A stretch of 63,037 bases of DNA, filler included, from Octopus bimaculoides (GCF_001194135.2; 5 parts of 5 records of this genome joined end to end with filler, not necessarily neighbours in it), one strand, 5' to 3'; positions 12,741 to 24,424 are shown, counted from the first letter of the whole stretch. Numbers and translations: made by a program. Notes: generated from the sequence alone by a model not told the origin.

Positions 12741-12895
12741 GCTCAGGTGTGGTAAGAAGCTTGGTTCACAACCACATGGTTCCGGGTTCATCCCCACTGC
12801 ATGGCACGTTGGGCAAATGTCTTCTACTATAGCCCCGAACCGACCAAATCCTTGTGAGTGGATTTGGTAGGCGGAAGCTGAAAGACGTATATATA
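12741..12895 (+). mobile_element. SINE family B, 5' half
   Basis: GTGTGGTAAGAAGCTTG..CAACCACATGGTTCCGGGTTCATCCCCACTGCATGGCACGTTGGGCAAATG. Confidence 0.85.
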
Positions 12896-13009
12896 AATAT
12901 GTGACACTTATTCAACAGCCCTACTGAATAAGTGTCACATGTTTTTACAGATAAATTCCTCTATTTGCATAATATCGAGGTCTCTTTCTTTCTTTTGTTG
13001 CCATTCCTG

Positions 13010-13385
13010 TTAGCTTGTTTACCAACCACATGGTTCTGGGTTCAGTCCCACTGCGTGGCACCTTGGGCAAGTGTCTTCTACTATAGCCTCGGGCCGACCA
13101 AAGCCTTGTGAGTGGATTTGGTAGACGGAAACTGAAAGAAGCCCGTCGTATATATGTATATATATATATATATATGTATGTATGTGTGTGTATATGTTTG
13201 TGTGTCTGTGTTTGTCCCCCCCCCCCNNNNNNNNNNNNNNNNNNNNNNNNNNNNNNNNNNNNNNNNNNNNNNNNNNNNNNNAGGCTTCCAAAGAATAAGT
13301 CCTGGGGTCGATTTGCTCGACTAAAAAAAGCGGTGCTCCAGCATGGCCGCAGTCGAATGACTGAAACAAGTAAAAGAGTTAAAAT
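13010..13385 (+). mobile_element. SINE family B (head clipped, internal gap)
   Basis: Both halves and the internal TA/TG microsatellite are present; ends GAAACAAGTAAAAGAG. Confidence 0.9.
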
Positions 13386-13407
13386 ATATATATATATATA
13401 TATATAT

Positions 13408-13524
13408 GAAAGGATGAAAAGCAAAATTGACCTCGACGGAATTTGAACTCAGAACGTCACAGCAGACGGAAATACTGCTAAGCACTTCGCCCGGCGTGCT
13501 AACGTTTCTGCCAGATCGTCGCCT
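13408..13524 (-). mobile_element. SINE family A, 5' half
   Basis: Reverse complement of GGCGACGATCTGGCAGAAACGTTAGCACGCCGGGCGAAG...GAGTTCAAATTCCGTCGAGG. Confidence 0.9.
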
Positions 13525-13822
13525 TGGTTTGTGTCCGTATTATTCGTACAATTATTGTTGTCGCTGTTCTTGAAAGCTTTTCTTCGTTACGGTTTGTTAA
13601 AAGACATGAGTCTGCGAATTTTGGCTGTTGTAGTCATCGTTATTGTTGTTGTTGTTGTTGGTGGTGGTTTGCTGGAAGTCTTTTTCACGTTGTTTTTTTA
13701 ACTTGTTGCTGATATTCCTGTTGCTAGTGTCACTGATGTTCCGTTGTTAATTTTGCTTTGTTAGTTAGAAGGATATAATTTCTAACTGCCGATGCTTCTA
13801 TTGCTGCCGCTTCTGTTGCTGC

Positions 13823-13853
<31 letters not shown>

Positions 13854-14737
13854 ACTGCTTTGTTATTGCTGTTGTTGGGACCGCTGTTACTGTTGCTGAT
13901 GTTTTGATGTGCGTTTTGTTGCTAATACCACCAGTGTTTGATGTTTGATGTTTGATGATGATGGTGATGATTATGATGATGGCAACGATGTTATTACATG
14001 TTCTTATCATTTCTTTATTATTTCCTTTGTCTTCTGTCTTCTCGTTTCTGTTATTTCTCTATTTTTAACGCTTTTTGACATAAATTTTAAATGTTTATAA
14101 CTTGTCCCTTTCCTTCTCTTTAATCATATTTTGTATTATTTTTCTTCGTTTCTTTGCAGTATTTCCTTCAAAACGCAATGCATTATTGAAATACAATCCA
14201 TACCCAAAATATTTCGAAAGATTATTATCACATTTGAAAAACTTCTCGTCAAATATGAAAGTTCTCTTTTCCCCTCTATTTTAGCAAGAAGTTATCACTT
14301 TCAGTTTTATTATTTTCTTTCGTTATTTTGTTGTCGTTGTTGTTGTTGTTCTTGTTGCTGTTGAAACTATTCGCCCCCAGAATTCTATCTTATTACTATC
14401 ACACCTTCCATCCTCTCATTTTCTTCCATCAGAACCCGAGGGGTAAAGTGAGATCTGCGGGAAAAAAACAAAAGAACAAAAACAAAAATATGAAGGAGCA
14501 ATGACAATTATTTCTCATACGATATGGCCGACCAACGAAAGGAATTAGAAGAAAAAAAATCTCTCTGGGAAATTCACTGAAACAGACGACCTCCATAACC
14601 GGATCCTTAAAATAGTCATGGCGAGTTATGACCCCCACCCAACCCCGCTTTGTGTTATTTAATAGGGTTTTTATATAGTAAATTGCTAACTTTAGTGGTG
14701 GGGTGTATAGATATAGATATTCACATAAATTCAGAAA

Positions 14738-14787
<50 letters not shown>

Positions 14788-14814
14788 CACATATACACAT
14801 GTGTNNNNNNNNNN

Positions 14815-14846
<32 letters not shown>

Positions 14847-15276
14847 GCATATGTGAATATATGTAGATGTGGGAAATGTTCTTTTCTATCTTGTTTTGTT
14901 TTGTTTTTTTGTTTTGCTTTTATTTTAATATTCTTGAAATATTACGAATACAAACGGAGGTGGATTCTAGCATAAAAACCTTCCACATTGAATTTTATTC
15001 AAAACCAGCTATGCAAAGTCACATACTAAAGTATATATCCTTTTTAAAGTCTTACATTCTTGCTAAGAATGTCGGCTTGATGTCAGAAGCGGCAGAGTAT
15101 CAGACAAATGCCTAGTATTTGGTCATACCCCTTTCTGCCTCTAATGTTGATCTGACTTACAAGTATACCTCACTTTCCATGGTTCGGACGTCGACAACAG
15201 TGAATCCTGCAATCAATATACGAATATACTCACACGAATATACATACACATATAAACCCCTCTCTCTCTCTCTCTC

Positions 15277-15315
<39 letters not shown>

Positions 15316-15317
15316 AG

Positions 15318-15520
15318 GTGGGAAACCACGGGCTGATGCGTGTGAGCACGCAGTTCTTTGTTGGAAATGTGATGGTACCATCTGATGTTCTCGACGGTTG
15401 TCAAGGCTCTGTTAGCGAAGCCGTCGATCCTCTTTGCCAGAGTCTTTCAGAGGGGCCACATTTCTGCTCCATAGATCATTAGATCATCCTACCAGGGCTT
15501 TGCTCTCATTCAACGCAGCC
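15318..15520 (-). pseudogene. RTE-like LINE ORF2 C-terminal fragment
   Basis: YGAEMWPL-KTLAKRIDGFANRALTTVENIRWYHHISNKELRAHTHQPVVS matches the YGxETW...W...SN motif string of RTE ORF2. Confidence 0.65.
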
Positions 15521-15709
15521 TTATTATCTTATATATGTATATATAAATTTATATTTATATACTGAGGGTGATAAATTGAATATTAATTTAATCAACATCA
15601 ATTATACGATTAATTCTTTATTTTGTATATTTTCCATTTGTCTTGCCCGCTTATGTTGTGGTGTGTGCTAAGTTTTTTCCTGGAGAACCTTATTTTTCTT
15701 TATGGTTGG

Positions 15710-15846
15710 GTCATTGATGACCCCAAAAGGATGGAAAGGTAAATTCGACATCGGCGGAATTTGAACACAGAATGTAGCGACGGACAAAATACTGCTAAGC
15801 ATTTTTTTTTTCTGGTGTGCTAAAAGATTCTGCCAAGCTCGCTGCC

Positions 15847-15847
<1 letters not shown>
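15710..15847 (-). mobile_element. SINE family A
   Basis: Family A head and core on the minus strand; head abuts a (TAA)n array. Confidence 0.85.
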
Positions 15848-15916
<69 letters not shown>

Positions 15917-15947
15917 TAATAATAATGATAATAATAATAAAAATAAT
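15848..15947. repeat. (TAA)n microsatellite
   Basis: Direct reading. Confidence 0.97.
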
Positions 15948-16306
15948 GAACCACATGGTCCCGGGTTCAGTCCCACTGCGTGGCATCTTGGGCAAATGTC
16001 TTCTACTATAGCCTCGGGCCGACCAAAGCCTTGTGAGTGGATTTGGTAAACGGAAACTGAAATAAGCCCGTCGTATATATGTATATATATATGTATGTGT
16101 GTATGTGTTTGTGTGTCTGTGTTTGTCCCCCCAACATCGCTTGACAACCGATGCTGGTGTGTTTATGTCTCCGTAACTTAGCGGTTCGGCAAAAGTGACC
16201 GATAGAATAAGTACTAGGCTTCTAAAGAATAAGTCCTGGGGTCGATTTTCTCGACTAAAGGCGGTGCTCCAGCATGGCCACAGTCAAAAGACTGAAGCAA
16301 GTAAAA

Positions 16307-16310
<4 letters not shown>
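15948..16310 (+). mobile_element. SINE family B (head clipped), followed by (AAT)n
   Basis: AACCACATGGTCCCGGGTTCAGTCCC ... CCAGCATGGCCACAGTC...GTAAAAGAAT(AAT)n. Confidence 0.9.
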
Positions 16311-16366
<56 letters not shown>

Positions 16367-17889
16367 TATTTTCAGACAAATACATAACAAAAACACCAGG
16401 ACTTACAACAATCACAGCAATGTTTAACAATAGCGTTAAGAACAACAACATTAACATCAAACGAAGCAGTAAATTAGAACAGCATCAGAACAGACAGCTT
16501 GAACAAGGGAAGGACTGCTTCAACAGCAGCAACAAGAATAATAACAAAAGCATCAGCAGTTCGAGCGCGAGCAACAATGGCGGAACATCAATCGGAGACC
16601 CAAATACAATCAACAACAAAAATAACAACAAAGACAGACGTTATAACAGGAAAAAAAAAAGTTGCAACAAGGACAAAAAAGCAAATTAGACGCGCACGCG
16701 CGTGGGTAGGATGGATGGATGGGTGGATGGATGGATGGAGGGAGGGAGGGATGGATACGTACATACAAACACATACATGTGTATACGCACATACATCTGT
16801 GTGTGTAGTTATATACGCATGCATGTAAGGATGCATATTTATAAATTTATCTATCTGTGTACCTATGTATTGTATCTGATTATTCTGTCTNNNNNNNNNN
16901 NNNNNNNNNNNNNNNNNNNNNNNNNNNNNNNNNNNNNNNNNNNNNNNNNNNNNNNNNNNNNNNNNNNNNNNNNNNNNNNNNNNNNNNNNNNNNNNNNNNN
17001 NNNNNNNNNNNNNNNNNNNNNNNNNNNNNNNNNNNNNNNNNNNNNNNNNNNNNNNNNNNNNNNNNNNNNNNNNNNNNNNNNNNNNNNNNNNNNNNNNNNN
17101 NNNNNNNNNNNNNNNNNNNNNNNNNNNNNNNNNNNNNNNNNNNNNNNNNNNNNNNNNNNNNNNNNNNNNNNNNNNNNNNNNNNNNNNNNNNNNNNNNNNN
17201 NNNNNNNNNNNNNNNNNNNNNNNNNNNNNNNNNNNNNNNNNNNNNNNNNNNNNNNNNNNNACATACATACATACATACATACATGCATAGGTGTTAGAGT
17301 ATGCGTGTCCGTGTATATGTGTGTATGTATGTGTGCGTATTCAAATATTCACGTACAAGTCTATGTTACATGCTTACAAGCATCCATACATGCGTACATC
17401 CATCCGTACGTACGTATACGCATGTGTATTTACAAATAATCGGAACTTAAAACTAGATGAAAACTAGTGATACAAACAAACTACAACATCAACAACAACA
17501 ACAAAAACAACGACAACAACAACAATGACAACAACACCATCAAGAAAGGCATGAAAAAGTAATGAAAACTCAAGAAGTACAATAAGAACATGAAAGGTTA
17601 GAACAGAGAATAAGAAGAAAGGACAAAAGATAAGAGTGGGGAAAAAAATAAACGAAAACGGTTTTCTCTTAGAAGAGTAATTATGTTCTAAGAAGAAGAC
17701 ATGGGTCTTGGAAATTCCTTATTTTTCTGTAGAGAAAGAAGAGAGGAAAAGGAGTGGGGGGATGCGGTGGCGGTGAAGAACACAAGGAAGAGGCTGCGTA
17801 GCATACAGTGCATATGCACCGATGTATGATCAGATGCGCACACGTCCATACATATATATATATATATATATACATACATAATATATATA

Positions 17890-18230
17890 GGCGCAGGAGT
17901 GGCTGGGTGGTAAGTAGCTTGCTTACTAACCACATGGTCCCGGGTTCAGTCCCACTGCGTGACACCTTGGGCAAGTGTCTTCTACTATAGCCTCGGGCCG
18001 ACCAAAGCCTTGTGAGTGGATTTGGTAGACGGAAACTGAAAGAAGCCCGTCGTATATATGTATGTATATATGTATGTGTGTGTGTATATGTTTGTGTGTC
18101 TGTGTTTGTCCCCCCAACATCGCTTGACAACCGATGACGGTGTGTTTACGTCCCCGTAACCTAGCGGTTCGACAAAAGAGACCGATAGAATAAGTACTAG
18201 GCTAGAATAAGTCCTGGGGTCGATTTGCTC
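17890..18230 (+). mobile_element. SINE family B, near-consensus copy cut by scaffold end
   Basis: GGCGCAGGAGTGGCTGGGTGGTAAG (A box), GGTTCAGTCCC (B box), ACCTTGGGCAAGTG (CORE-like). Confidence 0.92.
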
Positions 18231-18330
18231 NNNNNNNNNNNNNNNNNNNNNNNNNNNNNNNNNNNNNNNNNNNNTTAATTAATTAANNNNNNNNNNNNNN
18301 NNNNNNNNNNNNNNNNNNNNNNNNNNNNNN
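18231..18330. other. Artificial scaffold-join spacer (44 N + TTAATTAATTAA + 44 N)
   Basis: Same 100-nt structure at four places; the 12-mer gives stops in all six frames. Confidence 0.92.
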
Positions 18331-18850
18331 TATATATATATATATACATATATACATATATATATATAATACACATACATACTCTCTCTCACACACATAC
18401 TTAGATAGCTAAGTGCATCTATATGTATATTCCATGCCGTTTTGTTGTGTTAGTTGATATTGTTAATAGTTTTAAAGTTTCGTTAAAATAAATGCATGCA
18501 ACAGTGTTTGATATTTGGAAATTTTCTTTAAAAGACGGAAAGGAAATGCAACCACGTGACATTTTCTTTTAAGTATATTCATTATTTTTTTTTTTTTAAA
18601 TGTATTTCGATCATATTTTCCAACTAGGTGAACAATCAGCCTCTTTGAATTAGTGTAAAAGTGGTTGAGTATTCTGTAGATATGTGTGTCCTTAACCAAG
18701 TTCTCAGGCGGAAATCAGCATGACACAATATACCAAGACTGGATCTTTGAATTACAGGTATAACGCATCCGACGGGCTTTCATGTAGTTTCCGTCTACCC
18801 AGTTTCATCAGATTCACTCATGAAGTATGTGTCAACCTGAGACTCTCAAC

Positions 18851-19150
18851 TATTGGCATTCCATCGGTTGCGACGACGAGGGTTCCAGTTGACCCATTCA
18901 ACGAAACAACCTGCTCGTGAAATTAATGTGTAAGTGGCTGATACTCCACAGACCCTTAAAATAGCTCTTAAGTAGATTCAGTGTGTCTCAGAATGTGACA
19001 AAGTTGACAGGTACTACCCATTTTTGCCAGCTGAGTTGTCTGCAGCAAAGCGAAATAAAGTGTCTTGCTCAAGGACATAACGTACCGTTAGGAATAGAAC
19101 TCACGACCTTATGATCGCGAGCTGAATGCCCTAACCACTTAGCCCCACGA
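18851..19150 (-). mobile_element. tRNA-derived SINE sharing the family C 3' tail
   Basis: Reverse strand GGGGCTAAGTGGTTAGGG...GAGTTCTATTCC...TCCTTGAGCAAGACACTT, ending CACGAGCAGGTTGTTTCGTTG...AACTGGAACCCTCGTCGTCGCAACCGA. Confidence 0.7.
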
Positions 19151-19174
19151 CAACACCTAGCTAGAGACTACAGT

Positions 19175-19255
19175 AAAAAACACTTGCCTGTGGGATCGAA
19201 CCAAAGACCTTGCGATTGAAAAGCGAACATCTGTACCATTTGGCAATACGACGTC
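19175..19255 (-). pseudogene. tRNA-like pseudogene or SINE head
   Basis: Reverse strand TTGCCAAATGG (A box) and GGTTCGATCCC (B box) at tRNA spacing; stems imperfect. Confidence 0.5.
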
Positions 19256-19617
19256 TATCTCTAATGTATATTTACATCTAAAAGATTTGATGGATTGATA
19301 ACATCTGCAGAATGTGAGAGGAAATGTTTTGCAGTATCTAGTTATAGCCCTTTGCGTTCTATGTTCAAATCCCACCGATTTTAACTTTTCCTTTACACAC
19401 TTACAAGATCGAAGAAGTTAAGTACCGATGTCATTCTTATCAACAAAATTCTAAATTTGTGGCACTGTGCCAATGTGAGAAATCTATAAATGCAAAAGTA
19501 TATTGGATGAATAAATAGAATAGAGGACAAGAATTGTCTCTTGAACTTTTTAGTAGACGTTCATTTATCAGGTTGTATAGACAACTCTGTCCGATTTTTA
19601 ATATTTATTTAAGAGTA

Positions 19618-19830
19618 AGGCGGTGAGCTGGCAGAAACGTTAGCACGCCGGGCGAAATGCTTAGCGGTATTTTGCCTGTCTTTACGTTCTGTGTTCAAAT
19701 TCCGTCGAGACCAACTTTGCCTTTCATCCTTTCGGGGTCGATAAATTAAGTACCAGTTGCGTACTGGAGTTGATCTAATCGACTGCCCCACCCCCACCAA
19801 ATTTTGGGCCTTGTGCCTATAGTAGAAAAG
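19618..19830 (+). mobile_element. SINE family A, full length with 18-bp target-site duplication
   Basis: AATATTTATTTAAGAGTA at 19600-19617 and 19831-19848 flanks a complete head-core-tail copy. Confidence 0.95.
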
Positions 19831-19869
19831 AATATTTATTTAAGAGTAGAAACATATTCAATACTGTAA

Positions 19870-20195
19870 ATAATATCCTATAATTTCTATCTCAGTTATT
19901 TGAAAGTTTTTGAATGCCTAATTTGAAAACGCCTTGCGTTTTGAATTAAAGAATACATTTAAATCATTTTTTTTACGACTTCCCTGTCGTTAAAATGTTG
20001 TCTCTAACATTTCGTCATCCAATTCGGTAGGATATCCTGATTTATTCTCATCAAGCAAACTGAAATTGTCACGTCTGAATTTTTCAAATCGCCTTCTGCA
20101 AGTTCTTTCATTCACTGCATCTTGATGATAAGCATTTTGAACATTTTTGGTTGCTTCGCTTTCATTATAACTTAGATGAAACGCTTAAACCATAG
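19870..20195 (-). pseudogene. Internally deleted mariner transposase
   Basis: FHLSYNESEATKNVQNAYHQDAVNERTCRRRFEKFRRDNFSLLDENKSGYPTELDDE (mariner N-terminal HTH) joined to KNDLNVFFNSK (C-terminus-like). Confidence 0.7.
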
Positions 20196-20265
20196 TGTGA
20201 CAAATATGCTCTTTGGTTGGTTCCATGCTGTGTTGTTCATGAGAAAATTAACATACAATACGTAA

Positions 20266-20325
20266 TTAAGGCGATGCTCCAGCATGGCCGCAGTCAAAAT
20301 TACTGAATCAAGTAAAAAAGTAAAA
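20266..20325 (+). mobile_element. SINE family B, extreme 3' end
   Basis: AAGGCGATGCTCCAGCATGGCCGCAGTCAAAATTACTGAATCAAGTAAAA. Confidence 0.75.
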
Positions 20326-21287
20326 GAAATACTAGCATTTGCTTTAAAGGAACTCTTCATGAAATGACTGTGCACCTACGAATGCTACCGATATTTATTG
20401 CTTAACNNNNNNNNNNNNNNNNNNNNNNNNNNNNNNNNNNNNNNNNNNNNNNNCCCCCCCCCCCAAAAAAAAAGCAGGTCCTAACTTTTCAACAGGTTTA
20501 AATTCGTAATCAGACAAAGCTTTCGTTGCAACCTGATTCATTTTAAGTTCAAATCTTGCCGACGTTTATTTTTCTTTTATCCTTCCAGGGTCAATAAAAT
20601 AAGTACTGAGGTCAATATAATCGAAGATATACTCTCACCACGAATTTGTGGATAGATTGCGTGACAGACACACCTACAAATAGATAGATAGATTCATGTA
20701 GTTGTTTAGCTCTAGGTCAATCTTGATCAATTCTAACTATGACGACCCGTTTTTTTTTTATGAAGCTAGAGGTCATCTACATCGACGACAAATTATGAAG
20801 TGAAGGTAGTGAAGCTAGATAAGTCTTTATGCTGTAATGGTGGAGAGAGAGAAATTTGATGGCATGTGAAAGTTGAAATTCGTCTCCTCCTTCCCCTCTT
20901 TTTCTGTTTTAGTTAGTTTCAATGTGTCAGGTCCCTCTTCTCCGCTTGCCATACGAACTTACGCAAACTTACGAAGTTCCTCGCAATCAATAAACCATCC
21001 AACCAATCAATCAATTAACAAATAAATCAGTTAATCAACCAACCAATCAGTCTGTTTGTCTGTCTGTACATACTTTCTTCAGGCAAAGAAAGCGACTACC
21101 GAAGTTGCACTTCGCAAATTTCTTGGCTGGTCTGTTCTGAAAGCGAAACAGTAAAATTACGCAAGAGTTTTCTAACATGTAATGCTTAGAGTTTTAGTGT
21201 TCTAAATACCGACTATGGAGCTTCGTTTCTTTGTAAGAGTCATGCTCCTTTCTTGTTAGAAGAAATCAAATAATCAAAAAGTCAAAT

Positions 21288-21453
21288 AGGCGCAGGCGTG
21301 GCTCTGTGGTAAGTAACTTGCTTACCAATCACATGGTTCCGGGTTCAGTCCCACTGCATGGCACCTTGGGCAAGTGTCTTCTACTATAGCTTCGTGCCGA
21401 CCAAAGCCTTGTGAGAGAATTTGGTAGACGGAAACTGAAAGAAGCCCGTCGTA

Positions 21454-21488
<35 letters not shown>

Positions 21489-21685
21489 NNNNNNNNNNNN
21501 NNNNNNNNNNNNNNNNNNNNNNNNNNNNNNNNNNNTGTGTGTGTGTGCGTGTGTGTGTGTGTTTGTCTCCTCACCATCCGATGTTGATGTGTTTACGTCC
21601 TCGTAGCTCAACTGTTCGGCAAAAGAGACTGATAGAATAAGTACTAGGCTTACAAAGAATAAGTCTTAGGGCCGATTTGTTCGAC
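21288..21685 (+). mobile_element. SINE family B
   Basis: Head, CORE-like segment, internal microsatellite/gap and most of the 3' half. Confidence 0.9.
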
Positions 21686-22244
21686 TGTTATCGCTTGATT
21701 GTTCTCTTAAAGATGAGCCGCACAGATGTGGCTTTTCAGTGCTGCCAGGGACCAACAGCGGGTGTTCAGAGATTCTACCACTCACGTCAATACACACCCT
21801 TAATCCGTCATAGAAATTTTCATTTTGCTTTTCTTGGCTATAGCCAGCCATAGTATGCAACACACAATAGAGGTGTTAAAAATCAAGTGATGCCTGTATC
21901 TGAAGCTTTTTAAAATAAGGAAAGGCCATGCTTAGGTCTAATCCCATCCTCTAAGCAAAATTAACTCGTCTGCAAACGAAGTCTCGGGCGTCACACCAGA
22001 TTTTTCATTCTAGAAAGATATCTAAGCAAAGGCTATGGGTTCTTTTACTCCCAGCGTTGTCTCTACTGAGTTCATCCATCCTTAGACAGGTCTAGGTGTC
22101 CAACAAAAGCCATCCGCTTTACCAAGCAGGTTTTGTAGGGTTCTCGGTTTAGTCACCGACGGCCCTATCATTTGACAGGTTGTACATACATACATACATA
22201 CGTACGTACAAGCACACACATTCATGCATACATGTACACATACA

Positions 22245-23495
22245 TACCTCAGAGAAGACCTGGATGGAAAGCACTCAGCATAAAAAAAGACCATACATGG
22301 GTATGTTGCCCGGAAGCTTGAAGAAGACAGTAGAATTGACACGAAGAGCAGCCTCTATTGGACACAAGGCCACTACATTACACTTTGAAGGCTATACGTT
22401 TGCAATCCAGGTACAGGAGATTTCCACAAAGTACCTGGTGAACAAGAGAGACAGTGACGCTCTTGTAATCCCAAGGTGCAACCGCATGTGTAGGCTATGT
22501 CATGTTTCTGTGGCAGACATTACGCATGTGATTAGCAATTGTCCTAAAATGTCGTCACGGTACTACTTCCTTATGAGGCACGATGTTGTTACTAAAACAA
22601 TTTGCAATGCCATCCGCAAAAAAGACTGTCCTGAAATAAACTTAGAAAATCCCTCTGTTATGGATTACATTCACAAACACCAACCCAAGGAATACTGGTG
22701 GAATATTCTCATCAAAACTTCTGTCAAATGTAAGCATAACAGACCGGATATTGTAGTTGTATGCTGTCAACTTAATGTGACAGTCCCCTGAAGGGAATAA
22801 TACTACTGTTGGTTAAACTTATGAAGCTGCACCGCTTCCTGTCGGCTTTGACACATTTCCTGTGTCCTTATGTTTACAAGGGGGAGACAAGCACCTCCCC
22901 CCCTGTAAACATAAGGACACAGGAAATGTGTCAAGGCCGACAGGAAGCGGTGCGGCTTCCTTGATCTAACTAACAGTAGTATTATTCCCTTCAGGGGACT
23001 GTCACATTAAGTTGACAGCATACAACTACTTCATCGTATGACTACTGCATAAATCGCTCTGAGAGATTTAGAAATGTATTATTTCTAGACCGGATATTGT
23101 TATTTGGGACAGAGGGCAAAAGTATGTACCATCATAGAGGTTAGATGCCCTGCTGATATAAATATCTCTTTGAAAATCAAAGAAAAGGAGGATATCTATG
23201 GACAACTGCTTCGAAACCTCCAGCTTCTGTATCCAGACTATGAATTCATATTCATACCAATAATTATTGGAGCAATAAGTTTTGTTAGTATAAACTGGGA
23301 TTTTCAGAAAGAGGAATTGACCGGCTGATTCGTACATTACAAGTCCAATCTGTAAGTGGAACATTGAAAATATGCAAGATTTTTCTCAAGTTCCAAATGT
23401 GAATTTGTCTGTGTTAACTACATCCCAAAGATGGAGCCTCGTATCTTTGTTGGAAACCGGCTCCCTCCTCAGTGGAAGATTTATGATAATGAAAA
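22245..23495 (+). mobile_element. 5'-truncated RLE-type (R4/Dong-like) non-LTR retrotransposon, family R-b, interrupted by a MITE
   Basis: FAIQVQEI, CRLC..ITHVISNC (CCHC knuckle), RHDVV, KHNRPDIV|IWD, IIEV..PAD, IPIIIGA; same 3' end at 29150-29436 and 45912-46150. Confidence 0.85.
22756..23026. mobile_element. Fold-back MITE flanked by TA
   Basis: Near-perfect palindrome, arms ~131 nt around an 8-nt loop (22887-22894); ends GTTGTATGCTGTCAAC...GTTGACAGCATACAAC. Confidence 0.88.
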
Positions 23496-23777
23496 AAAAA
23501 GAAGGAAAAACATACATACAAGCATACATATATACATACACATATACATACATACATACATACATACATAAGTACGTACATACATACATAAGTACGTACA
23601 TACATACAAACACGCAAAACCGTATTCCGTACTTCATTCAGGCTTTTCTTTCCTTTCATTAAATCTGATGATTGTTCTATCACAAACTATATGCTGTACA
23701 CAAGAAAGTGAAAGAAGGTCTAAGGGACAGTAGCTAAATACAACGACTAGAACACAATAATATTTTACTCTACTCCA

Positions 23778-23991
23778 AGGCGGCGAGCTGGCAGAATCGT
23801 TAGCACGCCGGGTAAAATGCATGGCGGCATTTCGTCCGTCTTTATGTTCTGCTTTTAAATCCCGCTGAGGTCGACCTTGCCTTTTATCCTTTCGGGGACG
23901 ATAAAATAAGTACCAGTTGAGCACTGAGATCAATGTAATCAACTTATCTCCTTCCCCCAAATTGTTGACCTTGTGCCAAAATTTGAAACCA
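23778..23991 (+). mobile_element. SINE family A, full length (tail type 2)
   Basis: GGCGGCGAGCTGGCAGAATCG ... CCTTGTGCCAAAATTTGAAACCA. Confidence 0.92.
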
Positions 23992-24029
23992 ACGTTTTGA
24001 TCTAATCTGTAGACTGAATACTACGTAAT

Positions 24030-24165
24030 GGTGATGAGTTGGCAGATTTGTTAAAGCGTCGGATAAAATGTTTTGTGGTATTCAATCTGGTTTCCTGCGC
24101 ACTGAGTTCAAATCCTTCCGAGGCCGACTTTTCCTTTCTTCCTTTCAGGGTTGATAAATAACATA
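24030..24165 (+). mobile_element. SINE family A, older 5' portion
   Basis: Diverged head and core (GAGTTGGCAGA...GAGTTCAAATCC...CCTTTCAGGGTTGATAAA). Confidence 0.75.
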
Positions 24166-24379
24166 ATTAGGTAAGTGCTACGGTTGTTACCCACTCCTCT
24201 CTTTGTCTCTCTCTCCCTCATCCCCATCCTGCTCTCGAAATCGGTTGCGTCCAAAGGACCCAAAAAGGAATATTCACATCGCGGCCCCATTGACCCTTTT
24301 ACCACCATTTTCTGGGATCAATAAGAAAGAAGGATTTTCATCTTGATAGCTCTTGCAGCGTAAAAACCTGTATGTGTGC

Positions 24380-24424
<45 letters not shown>

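Noticed and set aside
16195-16689. 164-aa N/S-rich ORF
   Set aside because: Made of SINE B sequence, (AAT)n and a degenerate CAA/CAG tract.
18275-18286. TTAATTAATTAA as a homeodomain site or piggyBac TTAA target
   Set aside because: Always centred in exactly 44+44 N, so an assembly linker.
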